A stretch of DNA of 64,000 nucleotides from Octopus sinensis (taxonomy: Eukaryota): positions 35,526,001 through 35,590,000 of the forward strand of contig NC_043001.1 in assembly GCF_006345805.1 (NCBI RefSeq), written 5' to 3'. Made by a program: the position numbers and the translations under genes. The number at the start of each line of letters is the position of its first letter. Position 1 is the stretch's first letter. Under the pieces are notes generated by a model. The model did not search any database. It was not told the DNA's origin and saw only the letters and a list, made by a program, of their open reading frames with translations. Shown here piece after piece: positions 1 to 11,295 of this stretch.

Positions 1-345
1 AGCTCGCCGGGCAAGATGCGTAGCTTATTTCGTCTACCGTTACGTTCTGAGTTCAAATTCCGCCGAGGTCGACTTTGCCTTTTATCCTTTCGGGGTCGAT
101 TAAATAAGTACCAGTTACGCACTGGCGTCGATATAGTCGACTTAATCCGTTTGTCTGTCCTTGTTTGTCCTCTCTGTGTTTAGCCTCTGGTGGGCAGTAA
201 AGAAATAGGTATTTCGTCAGTCTTTATGCTCTGAGTTCAAATTCCACCGATGTCGACCTTGCCTTTCGTCTTTTCGGAGTCGATAAAATAAATATCCGTT
301 GGGCACTTGGGTCAATCTAATTGATTTACCAATTAGAACAAAATT
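1..345 (+). mobile_element. tRNA-derived SINE group A, dimeric copy (5' end cut by window start)
   Basis: B-box-like GAGTTCAAATTCC unit, body GTCGACTTTGCCTTT...AAGTACCAGTT and tail CCTTGTTTGTCCTCTCTGTGTTTAGCC, followed by a second unit starting at TATTTCGTC (~211). Same organisation at 20278-20673. Confidence 0.85.
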
Positions 346-444
346 TGAAACGGAAATATGATATTGGTTTCAAACTCTAACACAAAATTAAACACCAATA
401 CATGATATTGATAGATTCCTACAAAACGCCACATGAAAATATTA

Positions 445-625
445 ATTTTCTCTCTTTTACTTGTTTCAGACATGGGACTGCGGCCAGGCTGGGGCAACAT
501 CGTGAAGATTTTACTCTAACAAATCGACCCCACTATATTTTTTTTTAAATCTTGTACATAGAATTTTGGTCAAGCTGCTCACTGATCGATATGTAAGTAA
601 ATAACACCGGTTGCTTAGCAGTGAA
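445..625 (-). mobile_element. SINE group B variant, 3' tail fragment
   Basis: Diverged match to the group B tail CTCTTTTACTTGTTTCAG..GACTGCGGCCA; similar variant at 62470-62700. Confidence 0.55.
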
Positions 626-642
626 ATAAAATGAGCACACGA

Positions 643-677
<35 letters not shown>

Positions 678-702
678 TACACACACACACATACACACGC
701 AT

Positions 703-937
703 CTTATTTCTTTATTACTCACAAGGGGCTAAACACAGAGGATACAAACAAGGACAAGCAAACGGATTAAGTCGATTACATCGACTGCAGTGCGTAACTG
801 GTACTTAATTTATCGACCCCGAAAGGATGAAAGGCAAAGTCGACCTCGGCGGAATTTGAACTCAGAACGTAACGGCAGACGAAATATGGCTACGCATTTC
901 GCCCGGCGTGCTAACGTTTCTGCCAGCTCGCCGCCTT
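703..937 (-). mobile_element. SINE group A, monomer
   Basis: Reverse complement of AAGGCGGCGAGCTGGCAGAAACGTTAGCACGCCGGGCGAAATG...GAGTTCAAATTCCGCCGAGG...TAAAGAAATAAG. Confidence 0.9.
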
Positions 938-2056
938 ATCACATACACACATCTATATAGATATAGATGTCCGACGGGCATCCATGCAGTTTCCGTTTAT
1001 CAAATCCACTCACAAAGCATTGAGTGGAGTTATAGTAGAAGACACTTGCACAAAGTGCTGCTTAGTTGGTTTGAACACCAAACCATGTGATTGAAAATCA
1101 AGCTTCGTAACAGAAAGTGTGATATGGATACGTGGTGTGAAATATAAATATATAGGAATGAAATATCTGAATGAAAATGGTAGTATTGAATAAGAATTTA
1201 AATGCATTGTATTTGAAGGAAGAAGAACAAAGAAAACCGAGAAAGTTGCAAATCTTTGAAAGTAGAAGCTACAAAGGCGTTAGTCACATAACAATACGGG
1301 AATATGCTTATAAGCGGAGTTAAGATGGAGTAGTGTTACTAATGCCGGTGAGTGGTGTTAGAAAAAGCAGCATAAGTGTTGGCAAACTTTAGTATGTCGA
1401 AAGAAGGAAGTAAACAGAAGGAAAATAAAAAGCTGTATGAGGCGCCAGTCAAAGAAAGATAAAAGAAATGTGACTAAAAGAAATTTTTCACGGAATCTCA
1501 TACGAAAGTTTCGCTAAAGATTGGAGGGCATAGAATGTCATCACGTGATAGTTGATTACGCGCGAATGAGGACTTGCTGAGCGGAGTAGGTGTGAATCTT
1601 TCATCAACGAACCGGGTTCCAATGAAAGATGGATTGCTTTTTACCATTTGATACACTTGCGAAGGGACGCGTGGAATGTTATCCAAGAATTCCGCAGGTT
1701 TTCTAGCATTTTCTTGTACTTCAGCAAATGTATTGGTAGATAATAACAATACAAAGTGAAAAACATCAACAACAACGACAGAACAATGAAAACATCTACA
1801 GAGCGATGACAACATTGAAAGAACTATACCAAAAACACTGATGATGATAGAGACAACCACGATGATAAGCAATGTGCCAGATGTTATTTATAAGAATAAG
1901 CAGTAACAATAAACTTTAATGTAACTTAGAATGTAATACAATCAATGCCTCTTGCTCCTCACATTTGCAGTTTTGGTAACAGTTATAGAGACACGAACTC
2001 AATATTTATATGCATGTGGTATTTGTAATATATATATATATATACGCGTTTGTGCA

Positions 2057-2098
<42 letters not shown>

Positions 2099-2112
2099 TA
2101 TATATAAATAAT

Positions 2113-2335
2113 AAATATTAGGGAATATATCCAAATTTACAGGGAAAAAATCAGATTTAGGATTAAATCCAATTTTAATAGTAAAATATTATAAATATTA
2201 TTAGAGACAAAACCACTATTTTTTGCAAAACAAACAAGGAAAGACTTAATCAATACATAAAATTTTAAATAAATAGCTCAAAACCCGCCAACTACAATCG
2301 TTTCCATAATTCATGTCAAATTATGAAGTCATATA
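2113..2335 (-). mobile_element. (TA)n-flanked PLE-type terminal repeat fragment with truncated hammerhead-like motif
   Basis: Same family as 41480-41650 (AATATTAGGGA...TTTACAGGGAAAAA...AGA[C/T]AAAACCACTATT). Minus strand reads TGACTT-CATAATT(TGACATG)AATTATG-GAAAC-GATTGT-A. Confidence 0.55.
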
Positions 2336-2419
2336 TATATGTACGCGTTTGTGCATGTATAAATGTATGGAGCATATAATATATATTATAGTATATATAT
2401 ATATAATAAGATATATATA

Positions 2420-2450
<31 letters not shown>

Positions 2451-2480
2451 GTTATATATATATATATAATATATATATAT

Positions 2481-2521
<41 letters not shown>

Positions 2522-2524
2522 GTG

Positions 2525-2845
2525 ACGTGCGGCGCGTGGCTTAGTGGTTAGATCATTCGGCTCATGACTGTAAGGTCGCGAGTTCAATTCATGGCGACGC
2601 GTTGTGTCCTTGAGCAAGACAATTTATTTCACGCTGCTCCAGTCCACTCAGCTGGCAAAAATTAATATTTCAAACGGCCAATCTTGTCACACTCTGTGTC
2701 ACGCTGAATCTTCCTCAGAATTACGTTAGGGTACAGGTGTCTGTGAAGTGCTCAGCCACTTGCACGTTAATTTCACGAGAAATCTGTTCCGTTGATCGTA
2801 TCAGCCGGGACCCTCGTCGTCGTCGTAACCGACGTAGTGCTCCTT
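2525..2845 (+). mobile_element. SINE group C-related copy
   Basis: tRNA-like head GGCGCGTGGCTTAGTGGTTAG...GAGTTCAATTC, central TGTGTCCTTGAGCAAGAC, and tail CCCTCGTCGTCGTCGTAACCGACG shared with 18507-18890. Confidence 0.8.
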
Positions 2846-2895
2846 TATTTATATATTATATATATATATAATATTATATATATATATATATTATA

Positions 2896-2944
<49 letters not shown>

Positions 2945-3653
2945 ATAAATTTATGTATACATATATGTTATATATATATTTATATGTATGTGTGTGTGCG
3001 TGTGTGTGTATAAATGTATATATACATCTCTCTTTCTTTCTCCCTCTATTACTCTCTCTCAATATATATATGCATATGTACATATATGTGTGGGTGATTG
3101 TGTGTGTGTGTGTATACATGTATATACAAATGTATGTATATGTATGTATATATATATATATGTATGTATAAACATATAAACACATGTATGTATATATGTG
3201 TGCATGTGTGTGTATGTATGAGTGTGTGTGAGTTTATATGTATCTGTGAATGTGTATATGTGCTTCTGTGTAAGTATATATATCTACGTGTGAATGTGCA
3301 TAAGTGCGGGTTTTCTTATGTGTGTATGTGTGCCTTCATGCGTATGCATGTGTGTATGCGTGCGTTCGTTCATGTACGTGTGCGTACGCATGTGTGTGTA
3401 ATCATTTAATGTAGATCCCACAAGAGTGAGTGAAGTCCTAACTGAATGAATAATTCAAGAGTATTTCCCAATACACACATGGCATAAACAAATAAAACCC
3501 CAGATGTTTTTATTTCAACATTACAACTGTATTTGGGAAGGGCAGCCATTTATTGCATAAATATTAAAGGGGAAGATGTAATAACAAGCAACGGCAAAAG
3601 GAGGTTAGACTCAGCGAAAGGATATGAAGGATCCCAACAATTTCCTTAAAAAA

Positions 3654-3773
3654 AACATGTAAAATGGCTCCCACAGGAACATGTAAAATGGCTCCCGTAG
3701 AAACATGTAAAATGGCTCGATTAGGAATATGCAAAATGTCTCCAGTAGAAACGTGCAAAAGGGCACTTCAGAT
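3654..3773. repeat. 24-bp minisatellite, ~5 diverging units
   Basis: AACATGTAAAATGGCTCCCACAGG and variants in tandem. Confidence 0.85.
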
Positions 3774-3831
3774 AAAACTCAGTAGCACCCTTCAAGTAAT
3801 AAGCTATCCAAAATGCCGAAAAAAAAAAGAA

Positions 3832-3968
3832 TAGCGGTTCGGCAAGAGAGACCGATAGAATAAGTACTAGGCTTGCAAAGTATAAGTCCTGGGGTCGATT
3901 TGCTCGACTAAAGGCGATGCTCTAGCATGGTCGCTGTCAAATGACGGAAGCAAATAAAAGAATAAAAG
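3832..3968 (+). mobile_element. SINE group B 3' tail fragment
   Basis: AGCGGTTCGGCAAGAGAGACCGATAGAATAAGTACT...CTCGACTAAAGGCG matches tails of full copies. Confidence 0.8.
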
Positions 3969-3988
3969 AATATGTTTGTGCGTGTGTT

Positions 3989-4028
<40 letters not shown>

Positions 4029-4117
4029 ATTTGTGTGTATGCGTGTTCGTGTTTATTGCTTCAATGATGATAATCTCATTCGTTTCAGGAATTATTAGCT
4101 GTATACTCTCTCTCTCC

Positions 4118-4265
4118 TTACTCTTTTACTTGTTTCAGTAAATTGACTGCGGCCATGCTGGAGCACCGCCTTTAGTCGAGCAAATTGATCCCACGACTTA
4201 TTCTTTGTAAGCCTGGTACTTATTCTATCGGTCTCTTTTTGTCGAACCGCTATGTTACAGGGAAA
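4118..4265 (-). mobile_element. SINE group B 3' tail fragment
   Basis: TTACTCTTTTACTTGTTTCAG...GGCCATGCTGGAGCACCGCCTTTAGTCGAG...CTATCGGTCTCTTTT. Confidence 0.85.
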
Positions 4266-4272
4266 ATAAGCG

Positions 4273-4342
4273 TTCCCATGCCGAGAATCGAACCCGGGCC
4301 GCCTGGGTGAAAGCCAGGAATCCTAACCACTAATATATGCAT
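4273..4342 (-). pseudogene. tRNA-Glu(TTC) pseudogene
   Basis: Minus strand TAGTGGTTAGGATTCCTGGCTTTCACCCAGGCGGCCCGGGTTCGATTCTCGGCATGGGAA matches the eukaryotic tRNA-Glu body (anticodon loop CT-TTC-AC). The 5' acceptor strand is degenerate (ATGCATATAT instead of TCCCATATGGTC), so the acceptor stem cannot close. Confidence 0.85.
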
Positions 4343-4444
4343 ACTTTTTGGCTATGTCTTCTTTTCTTTGGCGCCAGGTATGGGATTTCTAAGGTCCTGA
4401 TTGCAATTCTAAACAAATATTGTTTAGATGATGCCGATAACAAT

Positions 4445-4504
4445 TATGGTGCTGACCACGTTGATAATAATAATAATAATAATAATAACAACAACAACAA
4501 TAAC

Positions 4505-4541
<37 letters not shown>
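4445..4541. repeat. (AAT)n/(AAC)n microsatellite
   Basis: Direct reading. Confidence 0.95.
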
Positions 4542-4543
<2 letters not shown>

Positions 4544-5407
4544 GTAGAATGTAGGCTCGAGAAATCTTGTATTTGCTATGTTCTGTACAAATAGTTACCT
4601 TTTCCTTACTGACGTCTTGGAATTGCCTTCTCGTTGTCGCCGTCAACGCCTTCCGCATCTTCATTGTTTACGGATGATAAACAATAGATTCCACAGACAA
4701 GCTGAGGAAGGAGCGTATTATATTCTGATATCATTGAATTAATTTGAGGCAATAATTCTATTAATTGCAATTCAATTTTCCTTGAGGTTTTCTTCTCCCT
4801 CCCTCACTCTTTTTCCCTACCCCTTTCTCTCTCTCTCTTCTCTCTCAATCTCATATTCTATAGCCATCAATTTCATTTCCTTTGCTTTCTAACTTTTCTG
4901 TGTTTGTTGTTTAATATTTCTCATTATTTAAATTACGCACATAGCTAAAGACTTCTCCATCCCTTCACTCCATACTAATTTGTTAATAATTAGACACGAT
5001 GCTTGGCTAATGGCAAAGATAACAATGTTATAATAAGCAATATTAAAGCAGTAAGTCTCCACAGGCAATATTTATAGATTTCAAGACTTTCAAAAACATG
5101 ATATTCATTTTAATTGAATTAAGTGAAAGATCGTGGAGAGTGACCTGCCATTATGCGAAGGTTAAAAGTTCAGCCCAAATCCGGCGCCAAAGCTGGTGAT
5201 AAGACTGAGCAAGATATAAAATGCTTCGAAAAAATTGATAACCTAGGAATCTGCTGAAATACCTTGTTTCTCTGTGAATTCAAGTGAGAGAGAAGCGGTT
5301 TTAATAGATTTTCACTAGGATTTATAACTGTTAACACTTGCCTGCTGCTATCTTTCTTATAAAGTTCTGTCTCTTTATTTTTCTATTTTCTCTTTCTAAC
5401 TTTTATA

Positions 5408-5474
<67 letters not shown>

Positions 5475-5507
5475 GTATATATAGGGAGAGCAAGAGAGAA
5501 AGAATTG

Positions 5508-5932
5508 TTAGTAGTTAGTTAGTTAGTTAGTTAATTTGGCTCAAAAGCAAATAGCAAGGCCATGTAGGGGGACATGGAGTTAAGTACAGGGTGGTGTTCA
5601 TGTAAAGAGTTCAGGCCACTTGAGGTCCAGGGAGGCTTTGAACAAAGCGGTCGTCGGCATCTTCACCATCTCGTCTGGCAGCTTGTTCCACGGATCCGCA
5701 ACCCGGACGGAGAAAGCTCCTCTCCTTCGATTGAGATGAAATCGTCGCAGGTAGAGCTTTTCGGAGTGACCCCCGCAGCCGACGCTCTGGAGCAGGAGTG
5801 AAGAACAGCTCTTTCGAGAGGTTACACTTTCCGCTTATGATGTTGTGGGCGAGAATGAGATCACCACGGCGGCGGCGTTTTTCAAGAGAATAAAGATCGA
5901 GCGTCCTCAGCCTTTCTTCGTAGGACATTGTA
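5508..5932 (-). mobile_element. CR1/L2-type LINE 3' end, 5'-truncated, with (AACT)n tail
   Basis: ORF 5611-5928 SYEERLRTLDLYSLEKRRRRGDLILAHNII is the typical CR1-group ORF2 C-terminal motif; (TAAC)n tail at ~5508-5533. Confidence 0.9.
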
Positions 5933-6237
5933 TAAGGATAGGTAACAATATATAGAATGAGGGATAAAGATATTTTGAGAAAAAAGTCGTCAGAATTTTG
6001 GAAATAATCTTCTTATTTCTTTGTTATTATATAGCGCTTTCGTTCCTTTCTCGAACTTGTCAAATAAAATTTTGCGAATGTACAAACAGCTTGATCTTTT
6101 ATATAAAACAGATGTTTTTTTTTTTGCAGGGGCAGGGGGCGTTGTTTAGATGAGAACATAGTTTACGTTTTTTTTTGGGGGGGGGGCGGTGAGGTTCCAT
6201 GACAATGGAGATGGATAGATACAAATATAGGTAGGTG

Positions 6238-6472
6238 AAGGCGGCGATCTAGCAGAAACGTTAACACGCCGGGCGAAATGCTTAGCAGTATTTCGTCTGC
6301 CGCTACGTTCTGAGTTCAAATTCCGCCGAGGTCGACTTTGCCTTTCATTCTTTCGGGTTCGATTAAATAAGTACGAGTTACGCACTGGTGTCGATATAAT
6401 CAACTTAATCTGTTTGTCTGTCCTTGTTTGTTCCCTCTGTGTGTAGCCCCTTGTGGGCAGTAAAGAAATAAG
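6238..6472 (+). mobile_element. SINE group A monomer
   Basis: Near-consensus match to 703-937 and 24522-24756. Confidence 0.9.
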
Positions 6473-7125
6473 AATAATATGTAGGTAGATAGGCTGATAG
6501 ACAGTCAGACGGATGGATAGGTAGTTAGAGGGAGAGAGAGAGAGAGAAGAGGTATCCCCCTTCATATTCACCATTCATTCATTTAGTTATTTATTTAGTC
6601 CTTTAACATTGTATTTGAATGGGTTTAAGGATGGTGACCACTTCAAAAAAAAAAAAAACAGGTGCAGTTTGGTCATCACTGAAAGTCATTTTGCTTTCTT
6701 TCTCTCTTCCTCTTTTTTTTCTATTTCCCTCTTTCCTTCTTTTTCTCCTCTTTGAGTAATATTTAGAATACAAACTGTGCTGTCACTCCTTCCAAACATT
6801 CATTTTTGGAGGGAATTTTTCTGATGAAGTGTAGTTCTGCATGAAAAAACATTAGTATAATATTTGCAAATTAACAATTTCAAAAAAAGTCAATCAACAG
6901 TTACAATAAAATGAATATATATATATATTCTTTTTCATTATATATATATATATATATATATATATTAATCAGCCGAAATTGCTAAGATGATCTGGTTCTT
7001 GACTGATGACTGAGGGCTTCGAATGTCCCGTCCTGTGGTTCTTGTGTCGTCTCTGTGGTTTTCATGTTCTTGTCCATGTCTGTAAATATTTTTACTGTTT
7101 ACCTATATATATATATATATATAAT

Positions 7126-7376
7126 GGTTCTGGGTTCAGTCCCACTGCGTGGCACCTTGGGCAAGTGTCTTCTGCTATAGCCCCGGGCCGACCAATGCCT
7201 GTGAGTGGATTTGGTAGATGGAAACTGAAAACCTGTCGTATATATGTATATATATATGTAGTGTGTGTGTTTGTGTGTCTGTGTTTGTCCCCCTAGCATT
7301 GCTTGACAACCGATGCTGGTGTGTTTTTCCCTGTTACTTAGTCAAATGACTGAAACAAGTAAAAAGAGTAAAAGAG

Positions 7377-7380
<4 letters not shown>
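7126..7380 (+). mobile_element. SINE group B, 5'-truncated and internally deleted
   Basis: GGTTCTGGGTTCAGTCCCACTGCGTGGCACCTTGGGCAAGTGTC..., internal TA/TG tract, tail GACTGAAACAAGTAAAAGAG. Confidence 0.85.
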
Positions 7381-7427
<47 letters not shown>

Positions 7428-7744
7428 ATACGCGTAAAGCTAGAAATATCCCAATGCTACAGATATATATCTGAACATTTGTAGAGATGAGTCACATTTG
7501 GAATAAAGAATTCAAATTCTCTACTTTATCTTCAAACATTCAATTTGGGGGAGAACCCCCTGATGAAGTACGAGTGCGTGTGTCTATGTATGTGTGCTTG
7601 TGTGCTTGTTTGCATGGTGTGTGTATCTGTGTGTGTGTGTGCTTTGCGTGTGTGTTTGGGAACATTTCCATGTTTATATTGTGTAACTTCGATCACGCCT
7701 CTTCCAATTTCATGATTTTGCGTTAGAGAACATTTGTATAACAC

Positions 7745-9070
7745 TTACAAAATGTACTGTCTCTGCTTTTCTTTGAAGCATTCAATTTTGGAGAGAATTT
7801 TTTGATGAAATGTAGTTCCATATTTTGGAACTACATTTTGATGAAATGTAATTCCAGCTTTTCGATATTGTAAAAGATATTGTAAAAGAGAAAAATTTTG
7901 AATTTTCCGTTGCTGCATATGTAGCATGTGGGTTCTTGTGAGAGGGAATTATTTGTTTCGCCAATGTAATTTTCTTTGCAATTTGGGCAGGTAATGCTGT
8001 ATATGAGGTTTTGCGTTTTGCAGTTCATATCAGCATTTATTTTTAAAAGGGTTCTGCTCTTTAATTTTATGTGGGAACACCTTTCCAAGTATTTGAAGTT
8101 GTTGGTATAGTTGCAGGTTCCACATCTTCTATCTGCACATCCTTTTACTAAGAATTCTGATTCATTCTTTGATTTGAATTCTGCCCTTTTGAGGTGTGTT
8201 TTGGTTGGGTTTTTTTTTTCAATCGGATTTTTCATTTTGGAGCTTTGTAGGAGTATAGGTAAATTCGATTTTATGGCGTATAAGATGTTGGTTATTCCAG
8301 GAATGTGTGTGTTAATGAACGGAGTCGTGTTTTCATTAACTTTTTCCTTAGGTGTCCGTAGTTGAGTGATGCTCGGTTTCATCGCCTTTTAATCCCATCA
8401 TTAATTCATGCTAATGGGTATTTCTGCATTGTGAGGAAGCATTTAAGTTGGTTGAGTCGGATTTCACGTATTTAGGGGTCAGTCACTATAGCACAGATGC
8501 GTCTTGCCAATTCTGTATGGGATGTTTCTTTTGATGTGTGATGGATGGCAAGAGAAGAAATTTAAATATTAGTGTATGTCAGTTTTTTTTTTTTTGTAAA
8601 ATATGTCTGTTGTGACTGTGGAGTTCTGTATTTTTATGTGGATATCCAAGAATGGTAGTTCATTGCAACTGGATTCTGTCGTGAATTTGATAGATGGGTG
8701 ACATATGTTCAGTATATTGTTAAATGTATTTAAATCTTCATTCGATTTGTCCCAGAAGATGAAGGAATCATCAAGGAGGCGTTTCCACTTTTTAAGGATT
8801 TTTTTTTGTACTCCTGATCAAAAGTTTTTTCTACTTCCTCATAAAGTTTTTTCTTCCAAGTATCCCATAACTAAGTTTGCATATGAGGGCGCAAACCACG
8901 TACCCATAGACGTGCCCTTTTATCTGTCTATATGTTTTATTGCCGAATCTAAAAGTATTTTCCTCTAGTAATAGGCGTGTGATCTTAGTAATGAAGTCAG
9001 TCTTGAAGTGTTCATTTTCCCCAAAATTCTGACGACTTTTTTCTCAATATTCAGTTTCTGTACATCACCT
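7745..9070 (-). mobile_element. Penelope-like element, decayed RT + GIY-YIG ORF (3' half)
   Basis: Minus-strand translation gives QIKGTSMGTWFAPSYANLVMGYLEEK, KRLLDDSFIFW (YxDD-equivalent), HPSIKFTTE..LPFLDI, then CADRRCGTC...NCKTQNLIYSITCPNCKENYIGET (GIY-YIG) and a terminal FIKKFSPKLN. Several frameshifts. Confidence 0.92.
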
Positions 9071-9124
9071 AACACTCTATACATACATACATACACACTT
9101 ACATGCATACATTCCTACCTACCT

Positions 9125-9173
<49 letters not shown>

Positions 9174-9229
9174 AATATATATATATAAATATATATATAG
9201 TTCAGTTTTCCGTATTCTGTTGAACATAT

Positions 9230-9410
9230 GTAACCGTACTCATTCTCGGACAGGATAGTGATCCGTTGAAAGCTAACTCATTATTGTCACCTAAGAGTGT
9301 ACTGGAGCAACCTGAAATGAAGTGTTTTTCTCAAGAACACAATGCATCACTCGGTCCAGGAATTGAAACCACAATCTTAATGTTATGAGTGCAACACTCA
9401 AACCACAAGA
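9230..9410 (-). mobile_element. SINE group C-related head, diverged
   Basis: ACTGGAGCAACCTGAAATGAAGTGTTTTTCTCAAGAACACAA...GGAATTGAAACCAC resembles 11150-11290. Confidence 0.65.
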
Positions 9411-9727
9411 CACACACACGTATATTTATTTATTGATTATGTGATGAGAAATTATAAACTTCTGGAGAACGTTGAATAATTTCTTTTGGAACGGCGGATC
9501 TCGAAGAAAACAAAGCTACAAATAAAAGCGTGTAAATATTTTAAAATGCCATTTCGGTATAAAAATTCTAAAGCTTCCCATGCTACTCGGAGCCACCTTT
9601 CCCTCAGGAGAACGTGTAGTCCGTTCTGCCATTAGAGCAAAGCAATCCTTCAAATTTCACTATTTAGAAACTTATTTTTCTGAACCAGAACTGTCTCATG
9701 ATGACGTCATACCAATTTAAAATCTTT

Positions 9728-9808
<81 letters not shown>

Positions 9809-9844
9809 GAAGGTAAGTAGGTAATTTGGTAGGTAGGTAGGTAG

Positions 9845-9931
<87 letters not shown>

Positions 9932-9947
9932 TATAGATAGATAGATA
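9728..9947. repeat. (AGAT)n microsatellite with AGGT interruptions
   Basis: Direct reading. Confidence 0.95.
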
Positions 9948-10273
9948 CGAATATACATACACACATATACATATATTCATACATACATAGAATTGTAAAT
10001 AGGTTGACAGATAGCTAAAGTAATTCAAATACCGCTAAAATGCAGCACCATACGACGAACCCCTTATTAGTTTACAGGTTGAATTGAGTGCTTAAACAGT
10101 GTATGGATTGTGTTATGTAGTTCTATGTCTGATTGTGTGGTTAAGAAATTCACTTCATGACAAAGTGTTTTCGAGTTTGATCTTACTGTGCAGCAATATG
10201 GGTCTTGACAGTTTCCATAAAAGGTAAAGAAAATACAATATAACGTCCAAAATTCAAAGTATTTTTTTTTAAT

Positions 10274-10685
10274 AGGCGTAGGAGTGGCTGTGTGGTAAGT
10301 AGCTTGCTTACCAACCACATGGTTCCGGGTTCAGTCCCACTGCGTGGCACCTTGGCCAAGTGTCTTCTACTATAGCCTCGGGCTGACCAAAGCCTTTTGA
10401 GTGGATTTGATAAACGGAAACTGAAAGAACCCCGTCGTATATATATACATATATATGTATGTGTGTGTATATTTTTGTGTGTCTGTATTTGTCCCCCCAC
10501 CATCGCTTGACAACCGATGCAAGTGTGTTTACGTCCCCGTAACTTAGCGGTTCGGCAAAAGAGACCGATAGAATAAGTACTAGGCTTACGAAGAATAAGT
10601 CCTGCGGTCGATTTGGTCGACTAAAGGCGGTGCACCAGCATGGCTACAGTCAAATTTCTGAAACAATTAAAAGAGTAAAGAGTAA
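10274..10685 (+). mobile_element. SINE group B, full length with internal microsatellite
   Basis: Head AGGCGTAGGAGTGGCTGTGTGGTAAG (A-box-like), GGTTCCGGGTTCAGTCC (B-box-like), CORE-like CACCTTGGCCAAGTGTC, internal (TA)(TG) tract, tail ...AAAAGAGTAAAGAG. Confidence 0.92.
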
Positions 10686-10789
10686 TTAGTAAAAGAAAAA
10701 TATCAACTAGATTATGGCTGGCAGATAACAGTTTACTCAAAGTAGCTGCACTCTGTTTCTGCCTCGCCAGAACAGACAAGCCTGCTCGA

Positions 10790-11295
10790 TCAACAGATAT
10801 GCCTGCTCGTCAAATTAACGTGCAAGTGGCTGAGCACTTTGCAGACACGCATATCCTTAACGTTCATATGGAGATTCAGCGTGACGCAGAGTGTGATAAA
10901 CCTGGACGTTTGAATTACAGGTACTACAGAGTGGACTACAGCAACGTGAAATAAAGTATCTTGCTCAAAGAAGAAACATGCAGCCAGGGATCGAACACAT
11001 GACTTTACGGTTGTGAGCCAAATAAATATAAAGTAAATAAATGCGCCCTTTGTTTTAAAGGTTAGCCAGGCTCATGGACCCAGTTTCCCGGTTTCAATGG
11101 CGTATGTGTTCCCCAGCTGGACGGGACGCCAGTCCATCCCAGCGTTACTCATTTTTACCAGCTGAGTGGACTGGAGCGACGTGAAATGAAGTGTTTTGCT
11201 CAAGAACACAACGCGTCGCCCGGTCCATGAATCGAAACCACAATCTTACGATCATGATGCTGACACCCTAAACACTATGCCAAGCGCCTCCACCG
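10790..11295 (-). mobile_element. Two adjacent SINE group C-related copies (10790-11030, 11040-11295)
   Basis: Both contain reverse-complement tRNA heads and the shared TTGCTCAAG..ACACAAC centre. The first carries the AATTAACGTGCAAGTGGCTGAGCAC segment of group C. Confidence 0.7.

Noticed and set aside
4273-4342. Functional tRNA-Glu gene
   Set aside because: The 5' acceptor strand and start of the D arm are degenerate; no closing acceptor stem.
6965-7105. TA-flanked segment with CTGATGA...TTCGAATGTC as a hammerhead
   Set aside because: Helix II and the GAAA box are disrupted; at best a decayed member of the PLE repeat class.
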